Source: Protoeuglena noctilucae (taxonomy: Eukaryota). Taken from it: DNA of 64,000 bases. A model generated the notes under the pieces. That model searched no databases and had not been told where the DNA came from. It saw only the letters and a program-made list of their open reading frames with translations. Shown here piece by piece: positions 11,678-22,668 of the stretch. Made by a program: the position numbers and the translations under genes. Every line of letters begins with the position of its first letter. Positions within the stretch are counted from its first letter, which is position 1. The DNA lies in NCBI GenBank assembly GCA_958009085.1, contig OY253683.1:62001-126000 (forward strand). Direction: 5' to 3'.

Positions 11678-13759
11678 ATGTGCACGGATGCCGGAGAACG
11701 CGAGCGCGATGGGGGCATCACCCTGCGCAGCGTCCTCCGCGGCATGCGGATGCTGGTGAGCTGCTTCATGCTCGCGTCGCCGTCCCGTCACGTGCCGAAC
11801 ATCTCATCGCAGTTAGGCGGCTCCCGCAGTCGCCTCTGGGAGTCCGGACGCTCCGCCTGTCGTCGGAATTCCTCTCTGCGGTCCCCGTGTGGGTGGCCGA
11901 ATTCTGAGACGCCCAGGCGGTGTACCTGACGCACAACCGCATCGCGACCGTCGACCACCTCGCGTCCCTGGCCGGCCTGCGGTGCCTCTTCCTGGGGAAC
12001 AACGCCCTCACGTCCCTGACGTCGCTCGCGGGCCTCTCCCAGATCGCGGTGCTCCACGTCCAGCACAACCAGCTCGAGTCCCTGGCGGGCGTGGAGGGGC
12101 TCGCGAGCCTCACCTGCCTCAACATGGCAGACAACCGCCTGAGCGACGCCAACGAGCTGCGACGGTGAGCTCTCTGCTTTGCTGGGTCCCACACGCCTTA
12201 CCCCCACCGCCCCATGCAAGCGGAGGCCTTTGAGTCGCCCTCGCAGGCTACAAGGCCTCCCTCTGGCGGAGCTGGACGTCTCAGCCAACCGCCTGGGAGA
12301 CCTACCGCTCCTCACGGCTGCTCTCGCGGCGCTCCCTGCCCTCGAGAACCTCTCCGCGGCCGGCAACCCCGCCGCGACACCCAGGGGCTACCGCCGTGCC
12401 ACGGTCCTCGCCCTCCCAGGGCTCGTGACGCTCGACCACCGCCGCATCCGTGACGCTGAGCGAGCCTTCGCGATGGAATGGGCCACCAGCGGCGGCGGCG
12501 ACGCAACGGCAGCGACGACCTCCCCCACTGCTGCTGATGAGGCATTCGGCAGCAGCGCGGCCCTGCCGTCACCCACTGCCGCTGATGAGGCAGAGAGCAG
12601 TGCGGCCCTGCCCTCCCCCACTGCCGGGGTGGATCCGCCCGACCTTGACCCAGGGGAGGAGGGCGCCGCAGAGTGGCCGCTGGCCGTGCTGCTGCCCGTC
12701 ATGGAAATGCTGGACACGTCGGACCTGCCCGCCGCGGCGCTGGTCTCGAGGGCATGGAGGGACGCCGCGCTGTCCGAGATGCACCTGCGTCGCGTGTCGG
12801 GGGCTCACAGGGAGCTCCGGGCGGCCCAGGACGCCGTCTCGAAGGCCGAGGCGCTTCTGGGGCGCTACGAGGACCTCTCTGAGCTGGAGAGGTGGAAGGG
12901 CGAGAGCCTGCCGCCCCGCCACCTTGTCCAGCTCGCAGCGTCGGCCCTGCTGCTGTGGCGGGCTGCGTGGGCCGAGGTTCGCCGCGGGGGTGGCTGGCAA
13001 CCTCGACCACGCAGCTCTAGGGAGGGGGAGTGCGCGATGGGGCGCGTGCAGGAGAGCTCGGGGGTGTGCGAGAAGTGTGTGGTGGGACAACGGGCGTGGG
13101 ACAACTCATGTCGCCTGGGCGACTGTGGCATTGGCTGTATCCCAGATGGGGAGCCTTTGCCCTGTTCCTGCTCTGTGCTGGAGTCGCCGTGTCACTCGCC
13201 AGGCGGAGGTGGGGCGGCCCATGAGCCATGGGGTCATGGGGGACATGACCCTACGATGAAGATATGCGACGAGGACGACCTGCACAGGGGCCCAGCCACA
13301 GGTGAGGTATAAGCCATTGACCGTGTCATGCGGCGTGAACCGTCGAGCCTCGTCCACTGACAGCCCCAGCTCTGGGACGCAGAGGGGCGCTTGGACCCGG
13401 AAGACGTGGCGCAGTGGCTGGAGTCGCACACGTTCCGTTGCCAGATCCTGGCCAGTGCTATGAGCGAGGTCTTCCGGCCACGGTTCGACGCCCGTTTCCT
13501 GACGCGGGGCGTGCCCCTGGGCGAGGACGACGCGTACAACGTCCGCATGATCACCGGCACGGAGCTGAGTGCGTCCGCGTGGGTGTCGGAAGAGATGAGG
13601 CTGGAGGCCGTGGAGGTCGATGCCCCGGCACTGGCGCCCCTGGCGCGGTACGTCCAGGCTCTCGCAGAGGAGTCGCGGTGTCAGGAGGCCCTCGCTGACG
13701 CGCTCGCGGCGCAGGCCGGGTTTGACCCCATGTCAGCACGCAGGGCATCCTCTCCTTGA
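11678..13759 (+). CDS. SDS22-like leucine-rich-repeat protein with LRR cap, F-box-like motif and helical C-terminal domain; in-frame TGA at 11905-11907 in one splice model
   Basis: 22-aa LxxLxLxxNxL repeats (AVYLTHNRI, CLFLGNNAL, VLHVQHNQL, CLNMADNRL, ELDVSANRL, NLSAAGNP). LRRcap YRRATVLALPGLVTLD. F-box-like WPLAVLLPVMEMLDTSDLPAAALVSRAWRDAA. The last exon ends at TGA 13759. Confidence 0.7.
12518..12627 (+). repeat. Imperfect tandem duplication (~45-48 nt unit, ~2.3 copies) in a coding linker
   Basis: cccactgctgctgatgaggcattcggcagcagcgcggccctgcc / cccactgccgctgatgaggcagagagcagtgcggccctgcc, encoding SPTAADEAFGSSAALP / SPTAADEAESSAALP / SPTA. Confidence 0.8.
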
Positions 13760-13982
13760 ATCCTCAGTGGCGAAAGAAGAAAGAGCACTTAATGGTGCGC
13801 AAACTGTCGTCCAAGCTGCAGCGTGTAGAGGACCTGCGGGTCGTGTCGTCGCGAGAGCAAGCAGGCAAGGCGTTGGACCCGGCCTGGGGCTCCACGCCAT
13901 CCCTCAGCGCAGGCGTGCACGCGGGTTCGCACTTTCAGCTTTGTAGGTCCCGCGCGCTGAGGCGGGAGGGCCGCGGGGTCCT

Positions 13983-16228
13983 ATGAGCCTCTTCCGTGTT
14001 TGGGAGCAGCTCGTTGATTGCATTTGTCGACCGCCAAGGGATGATTACTCCGAGGAGGACCTCAAAGGCGGTCGCCGCGGGGTCTTCGCCATCGGTGCAC
14101 GCAAATTCAAGGTCAGCTCGCGCGTGAAGCGTGACCTGCGGCGCACAGTTTTGCGTGCGTGGGCCGCCCCGCCCTGCCCCCGCGGGCGCGGCAAGGTGCG
14201 GTCCACGCGTGAGCGTGGGCATCAACCATCTTTATCCCCAGTCACGCTCTGCCCCCGCAGCGCGTGGACTTCGAGCTCACGAACGTTCGCAATGAGCGCT
14301 TGAAATGCAGCCACTGGCTGCCGGAGCCCTTCAACCATGCCGCGGACAAGATTCCCGTCGTCGTGTATTGCCACTGCAACAGGTGCCGCGCCCGATCCGG
14401 CGCTTCGGATCCCCTCGCCCAAGGTTGTCACATCGCTGCCCTCACCATTCCCTTCCCCCCGCGGCCCCAGCGGCTCCCGGCGCGATTCGGAGGAGGCGCT
14501 CTTCACGCTATTGCCCTCGGGCATCTCCGTCTTCGCCATGGACTTCGCCGGGTCGGGGCTGTCGGACGGCAAGTGGGTGACGCTCGGCGCGCGGGAAGTG
14601 GATGACCTGGAGGCGGTGGTCAAGTTCCTGCGCACGCGGCCCTTCGTGTCGACCATAGGACTCTGGGGCCGCTCCATGGGCGCCGTCACGGCGCTGCTCT
14701 ACGCCCACCGCGACCCGACCGTGGCGGGGATCGTGCTGGACAGCCCCTTCTCTCGCCTGACGGACCTTATGATGGAAATCGTCGCGCACCAGGTGAGGAC
14801 GCGGGCTGTGACCAGATACAAGCAAGCGCGGGCGAGGGATGCCGCACCGCACTGGGAGAGGCGAGAGACGGGGCGCCCTCGCTTGCAGCCGCAGCGCATC
14901 TCCATCCCCAAGAGCCTCCTGAAGATCGCCCTGGCCATGATGCGCCGGTCCGTGCGCAAGCGCGCGGGCTTCGACCTCACCAAGGTGGCCCCCATTGACA
15001 CGGCGCCCGAGGCGTTCATCCCCGCCCTCTTCTCCCACGCACAAGGGGACGACTTTGTCCCAAAGCACCACTCCGAGCGCCTCCAGAAGGCCTACGGCGG
15101 CGACAGCAACTACAGTGAGCGCCCCGGTGTATGTTCTCACGTGTCGAGCATTTTGCAAATGGCCCGCATCAACAGCAATGCGTGACTGTTGGGTCCTCCC
15201 CCTGCCCCCAGTCACCTTCCCCGGCGACCACAACAGCCGCCGCCCTCCGTTCTTCTACTCCAGCGTCTCTATTTTCTTCCACAACGTGCTCCAGCAGCAC
15301 GCCACTGCCCTGGAGGGGGGGTCCAAGAGCGCCCCCGGGGGGATTGCCGTGGGCCGCCCGAACGGCACCGCGGCCGTGTACCTGAAACCAGCGACCGAGG
15401 TGAGTCGATGCGTTCAAAAGCGTTGCGGCCCTGCGTCCGCCCAGAGCTCACTCCGGCACCCACAGACCTGCCAGACTTGCCCCCCTGCCCTTGGCACCCG
15501 CAGCCCTCATCATGGCGAACGAGTCGAGACAGCTCCGCTCACAGCCACCTGGTGGAGGAGAGGAGCCTCGGGGTGCCGCCGGCGCTGGCGGGTTCGCCCT
15601 CAACAACCGCAAGCCGAGGTGACGCAACAGCACGCCCCGCCACCATTGCACCCCTCCAACTTCAAGAGCTGCGAGAGCTGTCGCGCCCCTCCACCCACCT
15701 GGCACCCACACATAAGACCCACACGTAAGGCCACCTGCCGCATCTCACTTCGCCGCCCGTTGGCTCCCCTCCGCAGATGCCAGCCGATGGCGGAGCCGCA
15801 CCGCAGATGCCGCCGTCCCCAGCGCCATCCCCAGCGTCTCCTTGGTCAGCGCGCACGCGGCGTCGGGGCGGCCACCCAGCGGTCGCTCGGAGGCCCTTCC
15901 GTCGCGCTCGGTCCGCAACGGGTCCGTCCTCGAGGCATACCAGGACCCCGCCTTGACGGGGTTCGATCTTCCCGCGCCCACGGCCCACCGCCACGACGGG
16001 GTGCCTGAGCTGGGCGCGTGCGTGCCCGAGGGAGATCTGATGGCCGCGCTGGCCATGGCCGAGGCGGATGGGTCCGGCAGGGACTCCCCGGGATCAGAGG
16101 CGGCCCCGCCTGGGCAGCCGCTCCCGGAGGGGTGGGAAGGGGCAGCGGCATACAGCGCCGAGGAGGAGGACGCGATGCTGGCGCGAGCCATCGAGGAGAG
16201 CTTGCGGACGGCGGGGCGGTCGGACTGA
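13983..16228 (+). CDS. Alpha/beta-fold serine hydrolase (YqkD-like plant/algal family) with a C-terminal ubiquitin-interacting motif
   Basis: ICRPPRDDY N-terminus; YCHCN|SGSR; FAMDFAGSGLSDG; nucleophile GRSMG; GDDFVP (Asp); GDHN (His); terminal EEEDAMLARAIEESL UIM. Exons join in frame with GT-AG introns. Confidence 0.88.
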
Positions 16229-16567
16229 GGCCACGCCGACACCTGTCTACTAGCGCTGGCGTCGAGCCCGCAGTCTTGCAACTTGCCAGAGCCCTAGCCG
16301 GTTTGCGGGGCGCTCAGGTGGCCCCCGCGCCCTCCCTGCGAGGACAGTGTGATGTGAAGCCCGCGTCGAAGATCGCCAGCGCTGGCGACGGCATCTGCTG
16401 TGTGAACTGCGAGCTTTTGTGTCTTGGTCACGCCGGGGCCCGTCCTCCGCTGCGCGCTGCATCGCAGCTGGCAGCCCCTGGTCCGAGCGGGAGTGCATTG
16501 TGCTCCCACGCACCTAGCTACGCCTCGTCACCGCGCGGCCCGCGAGACGACTAAACCCACACCCACG

Positions 16568-17917
16568 ATGAAATTTTTCGGCAATTTGCTCGGAGCGAAG
16601 CGTGGAGGGCTGTGCGGGAAGGAGATGCAAGTGGGCCCGTTCTCCATCAAGATCGGAGAGGGTGAGAACACGCACCGCGCACGCGACGGGGACGCTGGCC
16701 AGCGTTCGGGGCACAGTGGCACCGCTCGCCGGCCGGCCAATCAATCGACGCGCGCAGAAGGCCCCTGCTCGAACGAAGAGTCTCTCATTTCGTGCAGCCT
16801 TCGCGGAGGGAGGCTACGGGTCCATCTACCACGCCACGGACCGAACGACGGGCGAGGCGATGGCCCTCAAGCACGTGATGATTATGGACAGCTCCGACAT
16901 CCGCGAATGCATTCAGAAGGAGATCTCCATTTTGGAAACCCTGGCGAGTCCCGCGGCCACGCCGATCGCGCCGACTAGGAGCCCCTGCGGTGTCGCGCGC
17001 ATCTCGGGGCCGTCCCGACCTCCTCCGGCGATTTAACGAACCGTCGCCGTCGTAGATATCTGCTTTGGTAACTCGATACCTCGTGCAGTCACTCATCGCC
17101 TCGATCCCGCCCGCTGCGCGCAGCGTGGACAGCAGTCCATTGTGCGCCTCCACGCCCACTGCTTCGTGGGGCAGAAGGAGTCGGAGGCCGCGTTTCTGCT
17201 CATGGAGTACTGCCCTAGAAGCCTCGTGGAGCATTTGACGACCTCGAACGTCAGGTGCGCAGGCGGCGCGGCGTTTGGTGCCCCACCCGGCGAACCCACG
17301 CTCGCAGTTGCTCCACGCGGCCCCGACGGCCCGCGCCTCACCCGCAGTGAGGAAGAGAAGCTGGCGATCTTTGCCCAGGTCTGCCAGGGCATCGCGACGA
17401 TGCACGCGGAGTCGCCCCCGGCCACGCACCGCGACGTCAAGGCCGAGAACGTGCTGCAGCAGGCGGACGGCCACTGGTGCCTCTGCGATTTCGGCTCGAC
17501 GTCCTTCTTCGAGGGCCAGATCGGCTCGCACCAGGTCCTGGCCCAGCAAGAGACGCAGATCCAGCGCATGACGACACCCGCGTACCGTGCGCCCGAGCTT
17601 TGGAACCTGGTGAGGCCACCCTGCCCCTCGTGGCCCCAACGGAGACGGCCACGGCGACCTGTCGCGCCCATCTCCGCCCCCCTGTCCTCTGTGCAGTACC
17701 TGGGCCAGCGCATCGGCCCCAAGTCGGACGTCTGGGCGCTCGGGTGCCTGCTGTACTGGATGCTCACGAACGGCCAGCGGCTGCCCTTCGACAACGCGAG
17801 TCAGGTCGCCGTCCACACGGGGCAGTTCAGCCCCCCGCCCGGTGCCAGCCCGGCTGCCAAGTCTCTGGTGGAGGCGGCGCTGAGGGTCAGCGTGGACGAG
17901 CGGCCCGACGCGTTCAC
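16568..17917 (+). CDS. NAK-family (AAK1/BMP2K/GAK-like) Ser/Thr protein kinase, truncated by the assembly gap
   Basis: AEGGYGSIY, ALKHV, LLMEYC, HRDVKAENVL, LCDFGS, TTPAYRAPE, IGPKSDVWALGCLLY. The AEGGF/Y loop, CDFGS and TTPxYRAPE are NAK-family signatures. One intron has a GC donor (16944). Confidence 0.88.
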
Positions 17918-18117
17918 NNNNNNNNNNNNNNNNNNNNNNNNNNNNNNNNNNNNNNNNNNNNNNNNNNNNNNNNNNNNNNNNNNNNNNNNNNNNNNNNNNN
18001 NNNNNNNNNNNNNNNNNNNNNNNNNNNNNNNNNNNNNNNNNNNNNNNNNNNNNNNNNNNNNNNNNNNNNNNNNNNNNNNNNNNNNNNNNNNNNNNNNNNN
18101 NNNNNNNNNNNNNNNNN
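17918..18117. other. Assembly gap (200 N)
   Basis: A run of exactly 200 n characters. The round length suggests a placeholder of unknown true size. Confidence 0.99.
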
Positions 18118-19295
18118 GCACTACCGCGCGCAGAGGTGGCAGGAGGCGGCGCAGGCATACTCAGAGGCCGCTGGGGGGGCGAGCTGCTGGGGGGTCCACC
18201 CGTGGTGGCGGCCGTGCTGCACAGCAACCGGGCGGCGTGCTTCCAGAGCATGGGGCGCATGACGGACGCGCTGGCGGACGCCTGTCGCGCCCACGCCCTG
18301 TGCCCCACCTACCCCCGGGCGCTGAGCCGCCTGGCCTCCCTCCTCATGCTCGTGCGGCGTGCCGACGACGCCACCACGCACCTCCGCGCACTCCAGCGGC
18401 TGCCGGGATGCGGCGCGGACGTCCAGGGTGACGGCTGCGGCCCCAGAGCGCAGCATGTCTCGCGCGCTGCCCTGCCCCGCCCTCACCCTCTCTTCATTCC
18501 CTGTGGCCTGCAGCAGCGTCTGGTCGAGGCGGAGCGCGCCCAGAGGGCCGCCTGGCCTCCGGACCACTTTAAGCTCCTGGGCCTGCCCGAGACGTGCAGC
18601 ACGGCGGACGTGCGCAAGGCGTACAAGCGGTGTGCGCTCGAGCTGCACCCGGACAAGGCGGTCATGCGGTGCGGGGGGCGCGTCGGTGGGGCAGCCGGGT
18701 TCGGGCCCCTGGCTGTGTGGGCCGAGGGGGGCTGGGAGGAGCGGGCGAGGGAGCTCGCGGACTGGCTGTTCAAGTGCCTGGGGGAGGCCCACGACTGCCT
18801 CGTCGACGAGGTGAGGACGAGGGTGCAGCATGCGTGATTGCAAGAGCTGTGTGTCATGGCACTGGCCTGCGTCTGAGACGAACTCGTATGTCTCTCTTGC
18901 AGACTGCGAGGTTCACGTTCGAGGGACAGCACATGGACGCATTGCGAGGCGCCCAGCGCGGCGGTCACCGAATGGGCAGGCGAGGGATGGCGAAGTGGCT
19001 TGGCAGGGTACAGCGTGCGCGTGTGTGGGTGTGCGGCCTACCTGCAGGGCACCGCACATTTGCCGCTTGGGTCCGCCGACGCAGGTCGCGATCGGATCGC
19101 AGCGCGTATGGGTACGGGAGGAGGGGTGGGCGCCAGGGGAGCTTCGGATATGGGGGCTTCCACCAGGGCGGTGGTTCGCGTGGGTTCTACGACCAGTGGG
19201 GCTTCGATTTTTCGGAGATGCCTGAGACGTTCCGCGACAAGTACGAGGGCTACGGTTTTGAGTACGAGTTTGATGACGCAGACATCTATTGGTAG
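18118..19295 (+). CDS. TPR + J-domain (DnaJ/DNAJC7-like) co-chaperone, 3' part
   Basis: TPR-like YRAQRWQEAAQAYSEA...AVLHSNRAACFQSMG...ALADA...PTYPRALSRLA. J-domain DHFKLLGL...VRKAYKRCALELHPDK...LFKCLGEAHDCL. G/F/Y-rich tail ends DADIYW*. An apparent frame offset near 18170-18190 (G-run) may be a sequencing error. Confidence 0.82.
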
Positions 19296-19566
19296 CCGTG
19301 GCACGCGCCACCGCCAGCTCTGGCATGCGCACTGGCTGGCGGTGCCGTGGAGCATCCGTCGTGCTACCCAGCTACTCGTGGCTAGTTGTCGCATGCATTT
19401 CAAACGCGGTCGCAAGATGATGGGAGCTGCTTGATCGGCAGACACAGACACAAACGCGAAGCAGGGCTGGCGGGTCGTTTGGACCGCTGCTCCGCTCTAC
19501 ATGATGGCGGTGCGGCACAGCGCAGCCCCTTGCGCCCCAGGTCACTCCACGCTTCGAACGCGCAGC

Positions 19567-20341
19567 TCAGGAGTGCAGATAGATGTTTGGCTGCATGGCG
19601 CCGATGGCGAGGTACATCCTGCATGACGGGCCAGAGGCGGCTCCTCAGCCAGGGCCGCTGCACCCTGGCTCGCTGCATGCACGCATCAAGACAACACACG
19701 CAGAGACGCCCGCGCGGAACGCACCCGTTCGAGCTCTTGTCGAGCGTGATGTGGCTCGCGATGCGGCTCGTCTCCCGCACGTCGCCCCTGTTGACCAGCC
19801 GGCCCAGTGTCCTCTTCTCCAACGCGTCCGGCGAAGGCAGCGCGGCGTGCCACTCCTTGGACAAAATGACGTGCACGTCCACCTCCCCCGGCAGCATCTC
19901 GTCCTTGTACGAGTTGGTCCTGCGCCTCGGCGAGACAACTGTCCGCGACCCCTTCCCCAACGATTAGCAACGAGTTCATCGCCCGCACGAAGCCTGCGGG
20001 CGCGCCTCCGCGCCGCGGAGGGGGCGTTTTGGTGCCGCGACTCACAAGTTGAGCAGGTTGGCCTGCTGCAGCGCCGCGGAAAGCGAGTCCCCCTCGAACG
20101 CCCGCACGATAGTCCGCTCGCCCTTCTCCGTCACGCACATGAACGAAATCCTGCGACGCAAGGTGCTCCCTTGACGTGGCGTCGCCGTGCGGGCATCAGG
20201 CCCGCGCGAGAACCTCCGCTTCTCCCCCACGCGCACTCACACTCGCTCATAGACCGTCGGGGTGCGGCCGTTGTGGCTCGACGAGCTGTGGCTTCCGAAC
20301 GAGCGCAATGCCTGGGCGAACCGCCGGCCCACGGACGCCAT
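19567..20341 (-). CDS. Mitochondrial complex I ferredoxin-like bridge subunit (NUOP3 / C1-FDX-like), lacking Fe-S cysteines
   Basis: Four exons splice to MASVGRRFAQALRSF...RTPTVYERVISFMCVTEKGERTIVRAFEGDSLSAALQQANLLNLTNSYKDEMLPGEVDVHVILSKEWHAALP...SRIASHITLDKSSNGMYLAIGAMQP...*. This is an adrenodoxin-like pattern with a mitochondrial presequence-like start. It is not visible as one ORF in the track. Confidence 0.7.
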
Positions 20342-20586
20342 GCCGTCGCCCTGTCCCCGATGCCCGATGCTCAACGGTGGCCAATGCTGGAGCCGGACGG
20401 TGTGGCGGGGGGCGGCCAGCGCGATCGCTGATGACCGCGAAATGTCAGTGTGCCAGCGGCGCGACCCCTGTGTCGCCCCCTTGATCCCGCCCAGGGCGAT
20501 GCCCGGATCGCGAGTTCATGTTGCCTTTCTCAGTTGCTTGATTGTCAGGGGGAGAACAGCTTCCATCTGTGGCCAGGGGTTGAGAA
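20342..20586. promoter_or_regulatory. Short divergent intergenic region (candidate bidirectional promoter)
   Basis: 245 bp between the head-to-head ATGs of the NUOP3-like gene (20341, minus) and CPOX (20587, plus). No specific motif identified. Confidence 0.45.
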
Positions 20587-22303
20587 ATGCAGACGGCCGT
20601 CTGCCGGGCCCCTCCGGCGCAAGTGCGTGTCGCTCCTGTCGCGAAGCGGTCCGTGGCCCGGCCTAACGCTTTCTCGGATAAAACTGTGAGTGACGCGCCG
20701 TGCCATCAGCCGCGAAGCCTCCCCGGTAGGCGCGAGCCGACACAGTTGCAGTGCATTTCGTCGTTCGACGCGGTGTGCGCGGCGAGGGCGCGGTAGACCC
20801 GAGTGCGGGGGTGCGCTCGGTAACTGCTTAGGCAGATTCGCGCGCTCGACGCCGGAACTTGCGCATTTGACCGCAGGGGCGGAGGATGAGCGGACCCCGG
20901 GAGTGCAGCACCCGCGCGATTGCCGCGGTGAGCGCCCTGCATCGGGCGCGGGCTGCTCTCGACGGTCCATGCTCAGTCATGGTGTCGACGCCAGGCGTGG
21001 ATGGCGCGCACGCGCCGCGAGAGCCGGCCTTGAGCAGCGCGCGTGTCCCCGACGTGCCCCGCAGGAGCAGATCACGGAGACGGTGCCCGACTCCCTTGTG
21101 CGACCTGGGTTGGATGACAAGCCGGGCTCGATGCGGGCGCGCTTCGAGAAGATGATTCGGAAGGCGCAGGTGCGGGCTTTGGGTGGATGGGTCTCTGCGG
21201 GAAAGAGGCGTGCCGCGGGTCGGCGGGGCGACGCGCTCGCCCGCTCCCTTTCGCAGGACGATATTTGCAACGCAATTTCGGAGGTGGACGGCAAGTCGTT
21301 CCACCAGGACGCGTGGACGCGCGCGGATGGGGGCGGTGGGATCACGCGGGTGCTCTCCGAGGGCAACGTGTGGGAGAAGGCGGGCGTGAACGTCTCTGTC
21401 GTCTACGGCACCATGCCGGCTTCCGGTTACCGCGTCGCCACCGAGCGCAAGATCGACATCCCCGACGGCGCGCGTGTCCCCTTCTTCGCTGCGGGCATTT
21501 CGTCCGTGATGCACCCCCGGAACCCCCACGCGCCCACGATGCACTTCAACTACCGGTATTTTGAGACGGAGGAGTTCATGGGCATCCCCCCCCAGTGGTG
21601 GTTCGGCGGCGGCACCGACATCACGCCCAGCTACCTGTACGAGGAGGACATGAAGCACTTCCACGGAACGTACAAGGAGGTGAGGGCAGCTGCATGATAT
21701 GCGGGTGCGACGGCGGCATGCTGGCGAATGTCTGTTGCACCCTACTTCCATCTGTGCATGCATCGCCCCGACCAGGACCACCCCTGCATGCGTCGTGTGT
21801 TCATTACCCCCTGCTCGCTCACCCACGCGCCCCTCTCCTCTTCCCCCCAGGTGTGCGACAAGCACGACCCCGAGTACTACGCCAAGTTCAAGAAGTGGTG
21901 CGACGAGTACTTTGTGATCAAGCACCGGGGGGAAACGCGGGGCCTCGGGGGCATCTTCTTCGACGACCAGAACGACCGCGACCCCGACACCATCTGCAAC
22001 TTCAGCGAGGACTGCGTCAACGCCGTGGTGCGGTCCTACGTGCCCCTGGTGGTCAAGCACAAAGACGACGCCTTCACCGAGCAGGAGAAGCGGTGGCAGC
22101 AGCTGCGGCGGGGGCGTTACGTGGAGTTCAACCTCGTGTACGACCGCGGCACCACGTTCGGCCTGCGCACGGGCGGCCGCATCGAGTCCATCCTCATGTC
22201 CCTGCCCCTGACGTGCCGGTTCGAGTACGACATGAAGCCGGAGCCGGGCAGCCGGGAGGCGGAGATCATGGACTGCTTCAAGAACCCCCGGGAGTGGGTC
22301 TGA
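20587..22303 (+). CDS. CPOX: Oxygen-dependent coproporphyrinogen III oxidase, plastid-type
   Basis: [104 protein letters not shown]. First exon [22 protein letters not shown] is transit-peptide-like. Confidence 0.96.
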
Positions 22304-22668
22304 GGCGGGGTGCTGCAGGGCGCATCGGGGCCGCATTGGCACGGGCGCTGGCGCTGGGGTGTGGGAGCGCATGGGGCGCTCTTTTAGCGGACGAGTGGGG
22401 AGTCGGTGGCTGCTTGAAGCAGGCGGAATAGCGAGACAGGGCTGTCATCAAAGGGTGTCATCCTTCAAGCAAGCGCTAGCAGCTCACTAACTGCCGCGGC
22501 ATAGACGAGCGTGCCACACGCGCGCAGTGCCGGCCAAGCCCGCAGCTTCCCGTCGCCTAGCTCCCCCGAACCCTCCTCTTATGCAACAATCGGGTGTCCT
22601 GTCACCCCCTCCTCTCCAATGCTTGCGAAATCAACCTCCTCTGCTAGGTGCTACCTAGAAACACCAAG

